DNA from: a bacterium
Lineage (GTDB): Bacteria > Sysuimicrobiota > Sysuimicrobiia > Sysuimicrobiales > Humicultoraceae
DNA length: 20,264 nucleotides
Assembly: GCA_041497675.1 (NCBI GenBank)
Contig: JBGQGY010000065.1
Coordinates: 1-20,264, forward strand
Direction of reading: 5' to 3'
The notes below the pieces were generated by a model. The model saw only the letters and a program-made list of their open reading frames with translations, made no database searches and was not told the DNA's origin. A program made the position numbers and the translations under genes. Position 1 is the first letter of the stretch; each line of letters opens with the position of its first letter. This document shows positions 7,423 through 14,879 of the stretch, piece by piece.

Positions 7423-8409
7423 TTACGGACCGTAGATGAATCCCCGTATCCTATGGTCGTGCGCGTTCCAGGTCGTCGTGGTTGTGGTGCCAAATGCTGT
7501 CGTCACCACGCACTCAGGAGGGGACCCCGGCCTGAGGCCGCGTCCATAGTTCCACTGGCTGACTACGAATGACCGCCCGTCGGGCGAGACCCAATCGACC
7601 CATGCCACGTGACCGACCGACGAGACAGCGAAAACAGCAATGGCTCCCACGCGTGGCTCGGGGCCGGTTCGCCAGCCATGGCTGGCTGCCTGATCGAACC
7701 AGGTGATGGCGTTACCTCTCCAGGGAACATTCATCCGTTGTCTGACATAGTCGGTGCAGTATCCCTGGCCGTAGTACTGACTGCACGGATCGCCCGATCT
7801 GGGCCGAGGGGCTGGAGCCGGTGGCGCAGGTTGGGGATCAGGCTGCGGGGCGGATCGAGGAGCTGGCTGCGGGGCAGGCTCGATGACCGGAAGGCGAGGC
7901 GGGTCCTGTCGAACGACGGTCACATCCCAATAGCATCCGCAGTCTTCCATCCAGGTGATGCCATCCGCGACCGGCCGGAAGTACTCGCGAAAGGTTCCAG
8001 CGGCGTGATCCGCAGTAATGGTGTACGCGAAGACGAAGGTGCCGATCCCGCCGGGAGGGACCGTATTCTCTTGGAGCGAGATCCGGTTGGGAGACACCCA
8101 CCCCGACGGTTGACCTGTGCATCGGTCTTCACGGATGAATCCGGGTACCCGATCCTGAGGGCGATCCGTCGCGAGATTGACAACGCCCCGATGCCACGTA
8201 GCGGCACCGGTGTTACGGAACTGAATCACAAAACGATAGCACTCGCCGGGCCGACGCGTGGGATAGGCGTTCTGGCTTGCGACGGCTGCGTGGTAGTCGC
8301 CCGGATTGCGTGACGTGCTGTATTGCGCCAGTGCCGCCGACGGTGTCAACTCTAGTGAGATGCCGGTCCCCAAGAGCACGATCAAGACTATTGCGAGATG
8401 CCTTTTCAT
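7423..8409 (-). CDS. Secreted NBR1-like Ig domain + Pro-rich linker + CHAP peptidoglycan hydrolase
   Basis: SD AAGGAGGT then ATG 8409; signal peptide (ALA|Q); CHAP motifs GYCTDYV, GNAITW, PRVGAIAVF, GHVAWV and VSQWNY (usual E is Q here). Confidence 0.88.
   Translation of the reverse strand: MKRHLAIVLIVLLGTGISLELTPSAALAQYSTSRNPGDYHAAVASQNAYPTRRPGECYRFVIQFRNTGAATWHRGVVNLATDRPQDRVPGFIREDRCTGQPSGWVSPNRISLQENTVPPGGIGTFVFAYTITADHAAGTFREYFRPVADGITWMEDCGCYWDVTVVRQDPPRLPVIEPAPQPAPRSAPQPDPQPAPPAPAPRPRSGDPCSQYYGQGYCTDYVRQRMNVPWRGNAITWFDQAASHGWRTGPEPRVGAIAVFAVSSVGHVAWVDWVSPDGRSFVVSQWNYGRGLRPGSPPECVVTTAFGTTTTTTWNAHDHRIRGFIYGP
7912..8169 (-). repeat. Ig-like domain coding segment, copy 2 (paralogous to 1759-2016)
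   Basis: Same alignment as copy 1, e.g. the shared DRVPGFIREDRCTGQPSGW and GTFREYFRPVADG. Confidence 0.95.
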
Positions 8410-8451
8410 TGCCCTCACCTCCTTAGGATCACAGGGAGCGATCGCACGCGC

Positions 8452-9144
8452 TCACTGCGTCATTGAGCCGTTCAGCTTGGAGACCAGATCCTGAATGGCC
8501 TGATCCAGCGCCTTCCCCAGGACGCTCTGGCGAAACGCGCCACCGCCGAACGTCACGCCCTGAATCTGCGCGAGGACGAGAATCCCTTCCGATTTGCCCG
8601 ACCCGCGGACGATGGCTACGATCTCGCCATTTGTGGTGTCAATCACTCTGCCCGTGAGGTCGACCTGGGCCCGATAGAGACCGACTCCAGCCCCTGGAAT
8701 AGCGATCCCCCCGGCCGCTTTGAGGTCAAACTGGGTGACCGTCCCGGTCACAAACCGCTGGACGCCGAGTACGCGCCCCACTTTGGCGGCTGTCGACGGG
8801 TCGACTGAGCCGCTGCCACCGAAGCCCTGCTCTTTGAGCACCTGCTCGATCTGCCGGCGCTCCACGATCCGATACCGACCAGCGCTGAACAGCGCCTCCT
8901 CGATCAGCTCGGTCACGCCCAGGCTAATGTCCCAGTTCTGTGTCCATTGGGGATTGGTGAAGCCGAGTTGAAAGAGGAGCACCGCAATCCGCGGGCGATC
9001 CGCCTGAGTCGGCGCAGGCGTTGGCGCAGCGCTCTGCCCGTATCCTGGCAGTACCAGCAACAACAGCAGCACGGCAGCGAGGGCCGCGCTGGTCACAGCC
9101 TTCCAGAACTTCAGGTGAGACACAGACCTACACAGGAGCATCAT
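8452..9144 (-). CDS. CsgG/HfaB family envelope protein
   Basis: RIAVLLF, GRYRIVERRQIEQVLKEQ, VDPSTAAKVGRVLGVQRFVTGTVTQF, GRVIDTTNGEIV; signal peptide without an obvious lipobox Cys; SD GGAGGT 6 nt before ATG 9144. Confidence 0.88.
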   Translation of the reverse strand: MMLLCRSVSHLKFWKAVTSAALAAVLLLLLVLPGYGQSAAPTPAPTQADRPRIAVLLFQLGFTNPQWTQNWDISLGVTELIEEALFSAGRYRIVERRQIEQVLKEQGFGGSGSVDPSTAAKVGRVLGVQRFVTGTVTQFDLKAAGGIAIPGAGVGLYRAQVDLTGRVIDTTNGEIVAIVRGSGKSEGILVLAQIQGVTFGGGAFRQSVLGKALDQAIQDLVSKLNGSMTQ

Positions 9145-9246
9145 CACCGCACCTCCGGCATGAGATGTCGAACGATGAGTACCTTCCTTCGAATTCAGGC
9201 TAGCGAACTGTGCGGGAGCGAACGATAAAGCAGTCTATGGTGGGAG

Positions 9247-9262
9247 CGTGAACTACCTCACA
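9247..9262 (-). promoter_or_regulatory. CRP-type binding site upstream of the CsgG-CHAP-TM2 operon
   Basis: TGTGA-GGTAGT-TCACG on the minus strand: 9/10 match to TGTGA-N6-TCACA and 13/16 identical to the 2147 box. Confidence 0.75.
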
Positions 9263-9278
9263 CAGTGGGGGTGAAGCC

Positions 9279-9428
9279 CTAAGCTGGCGAGCTTGTCAGA
9301 CCGAGGGAGGGTAACTGCCCCACACGCCCGATGATCGCCTTCAACTGCTGCAGGGCGTGTGCGGCGTCGTTCAGGTCCAGCAGCTCGACCGGAGAGTGCG
9401 ATTACCTGCGGGCCATCGCTTCCTTCAT
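9279..9428 (-). pseudogene. Remnant of an M42-family aminopeptidase gene (internal deletion plus nonsense codon)
   Basis: MKEAMARR*SHSPVELLDLNDAAHALQQLKAII...; RR*SHSPVE matches the M42 C-terminal R-Y-x-H-S-P-x-E motif; its ATG overlaps the AI-2E stop (ATGA). Confidence 0.7.
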
Positions 9429-10447
9429 GAGGCGACCTCAGGACGCCACCAGGCCAGGATCTCACGCACGATGACCACCGCCGGTACCGCAAAGAGCATC
9501 CCGATCAACCCGAACAACTGTCCCAACACCAGCAGCGCGACGATGATGGCCAGCGGGTGGGTGTGCGTCATGCGCCCGAGGACGAGCGGCACCAGCACGT
9601 TGGACAGCAGCTTCACGATTGTCACCACGACCATCCCCCAGGCCCACGCGCTACCGCCCTGCGGCGCCGCGGCGATGAGCACGACGATGTACGTCGCAAA
9701 CCCGCCGATGTAGGGAATGGCCTCGGCCACAGCCGCAAAAGCGCCAATGGCGACCGGACCCGGGACACCGACGATCGCCAGACCGATGCCGGTCAGCGCG
9801 CCGACAATCGAACTCACGACCACCTGGGCCCATAAGCCCCATCGCAGCGTGACCGTCAGTTTCGTCAGCAAACGCTCCAGCCGCCCGCGGGTCGGCTCGC
9901 GGATCAGCGCCAGCGCCGAGGTCCGCGTGCGCGGGTAGTCGAGCAGGACGAAGTAGACGACAAACGGCAACAACAGCACGAGATAGAGCTGGCTGAATAT
10001 CCCCACCGCCAGATTCACGGCATGGCGGGCCGCGTTGTTGGCGGCGGTCACGGCGGCCTCACCGGCACGATCCCACGCGGTACGCAGCAGGTCCGGGAAC
10101 GTCGGCTCGGCCATCCGCGCCTGAAGCGCGGCGAACAGGGTGCGGACGGCGGCGACGCCCTTAGGGGCGATGCCGATCAGCACCTGCGCCTGACCGGCGA
10201 TCCACGGGATGACCACCGCCAGGGCGATGACCAGCGCCACCGCAAGACCCAGCAACACCAGTGCCGCCGCTGCGCCGCGACTGAGACGCGCGCGCCGCTC
10301 GAGCCAGTCCACCAGCGGAAAAATCGGGAACGTGATGATGAGCACGGCGATCGTCATGCCGACGAGCGTGCTCAGGCGCCCCAACACCCAGACGAGAGCG
10401 GCGGCGACGACCAGCCAGAGCACCAGGCGCGGCCAGGAGCGATCCAT
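9425..10447 (-). CDS. AI-2E/PerM family transporter
   Basis: Multi-TM protein with FPLVDWLER, EAIPYIGG and LVPLVLG..THTHPLAIIVALLV.G.LFGLIG..FAVP. Confidence 0.9.
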   Translation of the reverse strand: MDRSWPRLVLWLVVAAALVWVLGRLSTLVGMTIAVLIITFPIFPLVDWLERRARLSRGAAAALVLLGLAVALVIALAVVIPWIAGQAQVLIGIAPKGVAAVRTLFAALQARMAEPTFPDLLRTAWDRAGEAAVTAANNAARHAVNLAVGIFSQLYLVLLLPFVVYFVLLDYPRTRTSALALIREPTRGRLERLLTKLTVTLRWGLWAQVVVSSIVGALTGIGLAIVGVPGPVAIGAFAAVAEAIPYIGGFATYIVVLIAAAPQGGSAWAWGMVVVTIVKLLSNVLVPLVLGRMTHTHPLAIIVALLVLGQLFGLIGMLFAVPAVVIVREILAWWRPEVAS

Positions 10448-10664
10448 GGAGCCGTCAGTTCCGCGCGCCGACGGTGTTTCCCCCTATACTCTCCATGTGT
10501 TATCATGCGGGTCAGCATCATGATCAGTAAATCCGCACGCCAAATAGTGCACGCACCTCGCCCTCGGAACTGCATCTGTCCCCGGGCGAAGGCATAACCG
10601 CCTTCGCCGCTCCCACAACCTGTTCGATCATCAGCTCTTCGTGATCGCCGGAGGAGGAAGACCG

Positions 10665-10883
10665 ATGCCATCGAGAGACGAGATCAAAGGGTTGGTCGGC
10701 AAGCGCGTCACGCTGCGGTTGGCGCCGGCGGCGGGTGGACCCGCGGCGGCGTCCGGCCGGCTCGTTGGCGCGCTCGACGCTGCCGATGGGCTGGTCGTGA
10801 CATTGCAACCGGTCGATCAGCCGGGGCGTCGTCTCACCTATCACTATCACCACATCGTGGACATCAAAAGTGAGGAGGCGTGA
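10665..10883 (+). CDS. Small hypothetical protein, possible Sm/LSm-like beta-barrel
   Basis: Strong SD GGAGGAGG; helix followed by GKRVTLRL...GRLVG...LVVTL...RLTYHYHHIVDI. Confidence 0.7.
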   Translation: MPSRDEIKGLVGKRVTLRLAPAAGGPAAASGRLVGALDAADGLVVTLQPVDQPGRRLTYHYHHIVDIKSEEA

Positions 10884-10884
10884 A

Positions 10885-11724
10885 ATGGGATACGCGAACC
10901 CGGATGCGCTGGTCGAGACGGGGTGGGTGGCAGACAATCTGAGCACCCCGGCGCTGCGTATTGTCGAGGTCGACGTCGATACGAGCGCGTATGATCAGGG
11001 CCACGTCCCCGGCGCGATTGGATTCAACTGGAAGTCGCAGCTGGTCGATCAGGTGCGCCGCGAGTTGCTGTCGAAAGCGCAGTTTGAAGACCTGTTGAGC
11101 CGCAGCGGGATCGGCAACACCCATACCGTCATCTTCTACGGCGACAACAACAACTGGTTTGCCGCGTGGGCGTATTGGAACTTCAAGTACTGGGGGCATC
11201 ACGCGACGAAGATCATGAACGGCGGACGCAAGAAGTGGATCGACGAAGGCCGGCCGGTGACCAAGGATGCGCCCTCGCACCTGGCCACGCGGTACGTCGC
11301 GAAGGCGACCGACCCAAGCATCCGCGCGTTCCGCGATCAGGTCCTGGAAGGCATCGGCAGGCCGGGTCGCGGCATGGTCGACGTGCGGTCACCCAAAGAA
11401 TACTCGGGGGAACTCCTCGCTCCAGAAAACCTGCCGCAGGAGGGCGCGCAGCGCGGCGGCCACATCCCTACCGCGGCGAATATCCCCTGGGGCATGGCGA
11501 TGCGCGAAGATGGGACGTTCAGGCCCGCCGAGGAATTGAAGGCCCTGTACGAGGGTAAGGGTATCACCCCGGACAAGGAAATCGTGGCCTACTGCCGCAT
11601 CGGCGAGCGCTCGTCGCACACCTGGTTCGTGCTGCGCGAGTTGCTCGGCTACCAGAAAGTGCGCAACTACGACGGCTCGTGGACCGAATGGGGGAGCCTC
11701 GTCGGGGCGCCGATCGAACGGTAA
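10885..11724 (+). CDS. Two-domain thiosulfate sulfurtransferase (rhodanese, SseA/CysA type)
   Basis: YDQGHVPGAI, VDVRSPKEYSG, GHIPTAANIPW, active-site YCRIGERSS, YDGSWTEWG; SD GAGGAGG then ATG 10885. Confidence 0.95.
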   Translation: MGYANPDALVETGWVADNLSTPALRIVEVDVDTSAYDQGHVPGAIGFNWKSQLVDQVRRELLSKAQFEDLLSRSGIGNTHTVIFYGDNNNWFAAWAYWNFKYWGHHATKIMNGGRKKWIDEGRPVTKDAPSHLATRYVAKATDPSIRAFRDQVLEGIGRPGRGMVDVRSPKEYSGELLAPENLPQEGAQRGGHIPTAANIPWGMAMREDGTFRPAEELKALYEGKGITPDKEIVAYCRIGERSSHTWFVLRELLGYQKVRNYDGSWTEWGSLVGAPIER

Positions 11725-11740
11725 ACCGAGGCGGGTCTGA

Positions 11741-12835
11741 TCAATCCGACCAGACCTCTCTGGCAACTTTCGCCACAAGTGTCAGCTTCTGCTCCTGAAC
11801 ACTAGAGGTAATCGCGTTGCCTCGGGCCACGGACGCAAAGCCGCACTGCGGGCTAAGCGCCAGCCGGTCGAGGGGGACATAGGCGCTCGCCTCGCCGATG
11901 CGCGCGCGAAGACTTGCGGGTGTCTCCTCGCGCGGCGTCTTGGTGGTGATCAACCCCAGCACGACGATCGTATCTTCCGGGACGTCCTTCAACGGGGAGA
12001 AGTCGCCCGATCGCTCGTCGTCGTACTCGAGCAGCAGCCGGTGAACGCGCGCGCGGCGGAAGACGATGCCGGCGATCTTCGCGTACGAGCCTTTGGCCAT
12101 ATACCGGCTGGCATCGTTGCCCCGGCAGATGTGCAGCCCAAAGGTGACGCCGGGGTGTCCGGCCGTGATCGCATTGATCATCTCGATGCCGTCATAGATC
12201 AAGCGGTCGGGGTCGAAGCCTTTGCGCGCAAACCACTGCTGCTGGTGAGGATCGAGGAGCATGCCAAACTCCGGCGCGTCGATCTGGATGTACGTCGCGC
12301 CCAGCCGGCTCAATTCGGTGACCTCATCCTTGAGGATGTCGGTGACGTCGGCCAGGTACGCATCGGTTGACGGGTAGGCAGCCTCCGAGATCCCCGGCAC
12401 CCAGTAGTACGCGTACATGGTCGGGCTTGGGATCGTCATCTTCGTGGGTCTGGTCGTCTTGCCGCGCAGGTGGACGAACTCCTCCGCAGACAGATGCCGC
12501 CGGCGCCGAATCGCTTTGACCACCCCGACAGTCACCGGATCATCCACGATGCGCCCGTCCAGCGTGTACCAGTCGACGCGGTTGCCCGGGACGACAGAGA
12601 ACCCCTCGGTCGCCTGGACGAGCTGGCTGGCAAACACGCTGCGCCGCTGCTCGCCGTCGGTCACAACGTCGACCCCGGACCGCTCCTGGACGGCGATGCA
12701 CTCGTCCACGGCACGGTCCTCCAGCCGCTTGAACTCGCCGTCCGTCAGGCGGCCGGCGGCGTGGTCCTCACGGGCTTTCATCAAGTAGGCCGGCCGCAAC
12801 ATGCTCCCAATGACGTCGGCGCGGTACGCCAGCAT
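11741..12835 (-). CDS. Cobalamin-independent methionine synthase II family protein (MetE C-terminal-domain type)
   Basis: IGSMLRP, VTDGEQRR, YIQIDAP, Zn ligands HICRGN / LLEYD / SPQCGFAS; SD GGGGGA before ATG 12835. Confidence 0.92.
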   Translation of the reverse strand: MLAYRADVIGSMLRPAYLMKAREDHAAGRLTDGEFKRLEDRAVDECIAVQERSGVDVVTDGEQRRSVFASQLVQATEGFSVVPGNRVDWYTLDGRIVDDPVTVGVVKAIRRRRHLSAEEFVHLRGKTTRPTKMTIPSPTMYAYYWVPGISEAAYPSTDAYLADVTDILKDEVTELSRLGATYIQIDAPEFGMLLDPHQQQWFARKGFDPDRLIYDGIEMINAITAGHPGVTFGLHICRGNDASRYMAKGSYAKIAGIVFRRARVHRLLLEYDDERSGDFSPLKDVPEDTIVVLGLITTKTPREETPASLRARIGEASAYVPLDRLALSPQCGFASVARGNAITSSVQEQKLTLVAKVAREVWSD

Positions 12836-12889
12836 GTCTGATCCCCCAATGTCTAAGCCTATCAATTTCTGGGCAAAGAATGTGTTGAG

Positions 12890-12972
12890 CGCTCCGAAAA
12901 GGCAAACCCGCCGCGAGGCGGGGACGCAAAGCCAACAGGGCCCACGAGGCCGGCTGGGTTGCCGAAGGGGGT
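12890..12972 (+). ncRNA. c-di-GMP-I (GEMM) riboswitch
   Basis: GGCAAAC-CCGCC-GCGA-GGCGG-GGACGCAAAGCC-AACAGGGCCCACGAGGCCGGCT-GGGTTGCCGAA with P1 CTCC/GGGG; G20- and C92-equivalent positions are present. Confidence 0.92.
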
Positions 12973-13091
12973 TTCGTGATCCAAGCGAGATCCTCTTTCT
13001 CTGTGCGATGGTTCCTGGGGAACGGTGTCCTCCCGGGCCCGCACTCGGCCACCCGCGGCTGGGGTCCGGGAGGACAACGGGAGGTAGCGCT

Positions 13092-14132
13092 GTGGCGGCC
13101 GAAAGCACAATCCTCATCGCCGATCCCGATGCAGAAAGCCGTAAGTTCCTCCGCCGTTTGCTGAACGGGCAAGGCCACATCGTTGTCACCGTTCAAGACA
13201 GCAAGGAATTCCTCAAGATCATCGAAACCGAGCAGCCTGATCTGATAATGCTCGACGCCGAGATGCCCGATGGCGGCGGCATCACGATGGCGCGCCGGCT
13301 GCGCGAACTCGACTCCATCCGCGCGTTGCCGATGATCGTGATGACGACCGCGCACGACATCGAAGACATCTGGCGGAAGAGCGGCGCGGACGCCGTCCTG
13401 CGCAAACCGTTCAACCAGGATGAAGTCACGTCGTGGACGCAATGCCTGGTCCGCGCGGGGCGCGTGCACGAGAACCTCGAGCGTGCCGAGACGGCGCTGC
13501 AAGAACTGGCCGTCGCGCTGGAATCCCGGAGTCTGTATCCCGAAGGCCATCTGCGGCGCGTGGCGGGGCATGCAGCCCGTCTCGCCGCGGCGGCCAACCT
13601 GGACGCGGCAGAAGTCGTCATCATCCGCCGCGCGGGGTTGCTCCACGACATCGGTTACGTCGGCGTGCCGGACGGTCTGCTGCGAAAGCCCGCGGCGTTG
13701 TCCGCCGACGAGTACAAGATGATGACCAAGCACACGGCGCTCGGCGCCGACCTCTGCCGGTACCTGCTCGACGGCGAGGAGATCAGCGCGATCATCCGCT
13801 CGCACCACGAGCGGTGGGACGGCCGCGGGTATCCCGACGGCCTGGAAGGTAATCGCATACCGTTTGGCGCACGTATCGTAGCGGTCGCCGACGCGTTCGA
13901 CGTGCTGACCATGAACCGGCCCTATCGACCGGCGGTCTCCGAGACAGACGCCCTCGATATCCTGCTCTTCGGCGCGGGGCAGCAGTGGGATGCTCAAGTT
14001 GTCACGATCCTGGACAACATCGTCCGGCCCGCGCTGGGCAACGGCAAGCGAAGCGGACACCGCCATCGCGCCGAGAAACCAAAGGCGCGGAAGGCGCGCA
14101 ACGTGCCCGAACCGGCAGTGCCAGATCTCTAG
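13092..14132 (+). CDS. Response regulator receiver + HD-GYP cyclic dinucleotide phosphodiesterase (RpfG-like)
   Basis: REC (PDLIMLD, KPF); LLHDIG, HHERWDGRGYPDGL, VADAFD; SD GGGAGGT then GTG 13092. Confidence 0.93.
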   Translation: MAAESTILIADPDAESRKFLRRLLNGQGHIVVTVQDSKEFLKIIETEQPDLIMLDAEMPDGGGITMARRLRELDSIRALPMIVMTTAHDIEDIWRKSGADAVLRKPFNQDEVTSWTQCLVRAGRVHENLERAETALQELAVALESRSLYPEGHLRRVAGHAARLAAAANLDAAEVVIIRRAGLLHDIGYVGVPDGLLRKPAALSADEYKMMTKHTALGADLCRYLLDGEEISAIIRSHHERWDGRGYPDGLEGNRIPFGARIVAVADAFDVLTMNRPYRPAVSETDALDILLFGAGQQWDAQVVTILDNIVRPALGNGKRSGHRHRAEKPKARKARNVPEPAVPDL

Positions 14133-14161
14133 CCGAGACGTCAGCCTCCGGCAGGTGTAGC

Positions 14162-14746
14162 ATGCGTTGGCTTCTGGTCGTCGCACTCATCATCCTGATC
14201 GGCGCCAGCCCTCTGGCCGCCACGGCGCCCGCCGCTCAACAGAGCGCGCCAAAAATCGCGCCGAATCCGCCGAATCCCACGGTCGTCGCGCTGTCGAAGC
14301 TGAATGGACAGGCGTTTGACGTCGCGTTCATGCGCACCCTCATCCCGATCCATGAGGAAGCCATCGAGGTCGCAATGGCCGCCACGCTCAACGCCGACCA
14401 CTCGGAACTGCTGCAGTGGAACCAAGTCATGATCGATCGGAAGAGCGGCCAAGTGGGTAAGATGCTCGCTTGGCTGAAGGATGCGGGCGCCTCGCCGGGC
14501 CAGCGAAACGCCGGCGTGGTCACCGACTCGGTCAAGAAGATGCGCGCGCTGCAGGGCAAAGCGCTCGAGCAAACGTACATCCCGATGATGTCCGCTCACC
14601 TGAAGCAGAGCGTCGACCTGGCCGCCCTCGCCGTGACGAAGGCGAGCCGCCCCGAACTGCGGGCCATGGCGCACGAGACGGCGAAAGTCGAAGGCGAGGA
14701 AGTGAAGATGCTGAAGACCTGGTCGTCCAAGTGGTACGGGCGCTGA
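14162..14746 (+). CDS. Secreted DUF305 (ferritin-like) protein
   Basis: Signal peptide MRWLLVVALIILIGASPLAA; two DUF305-like repeats (FDVAFMRTLIPIHEEAIEVA; YIPMMSAHLKQSVDLA...EVKMLKTW). Confidence 0.8.
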   Translation: MRWLLVVALIILIGASPLAATAPAAQQSAPKIAPNPPNPTVVALSKLNGQAFDVAFMRTLIPIHEEAIEVAMAATLNADHSELLQWNQVMIDRKSGQVGKMLAWLKDAGASPGQRNAGVVTDSVKKMRALQGKALEQTYIPMMSAHLKQSVDLAALAVTKASRPELRAMAHETAKVEGEEVKMLKTWSSKWYGR

Positions 14747-14788
14747 TCACTGCTTAGATAGACATTCCCACGGGACGGGTTCGTGCTC

Positions 14789-14828
14789 ACTGGTCGGACG
14801 GCTTACGCCGTTCGACCGGTTTGATTTT
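14789..14828 (+). terminator. Rho-independent terminator
   Basis: ACTGGTCGGACGGC-TTAC-GCCGTTCGACCGGT (14-bp stem, two G-U pairs) followed by TTGATTTT. Confidence 0.75.
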
Positions 14829-14879
14829 CAGCCCCTCCGCTCAGGAATTTTCAGCGCGGCAACAGGGGTTGATCGGAAC

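Noticed and set aside
8452..9144. Curli biogenesis operon
   Set aside because: No csgA/B/E/F-like genes or curlin repeats are in the window; only the broad CsgG/HfaB fold is supported.
996..9280. tRNA-anchored integrative element or prophage
   Set aside because: No integrase, transposase or phage genes; the module lies on the 5' side of the tRNA; I found no duplicated tRNA 3' end (att site). Horizontal origin remains possible but is unproven.
12836..12900. SAM or cobalamin riboswitch for the MetE-like gene
   Set aside because: No SAM-I or B12-box consensus on the minus strand; the only aptamer seen is the plus-strand GEMM motif.
12890..12972. 3',3'-cGAMP-selective GEMM variant
   Set aside because: The scaffold is Geobacter-like, but the discriminating position-20 nucleotide is G, not A.
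12801..13189. N-terminal extensions of the 482-aa (minus) and 443-aa (plus) ORFs overlapping head to head
   Set aside because: The extensions are not domain-like and span the riboswitch; SD-supported starts are at 12835 (-) and 13092 (+).
12768..14186. 472-aa minus-strand ORF (and similar antisense ORFs such as 1186-1923, 3587-4453, 7609-8313, 14841-15545, 16435-17211, 18548-19300)
   Set aside because: Shadow ORFs opposite well-supported genes, expected in GC-rich DNA; no recognisable motifs.
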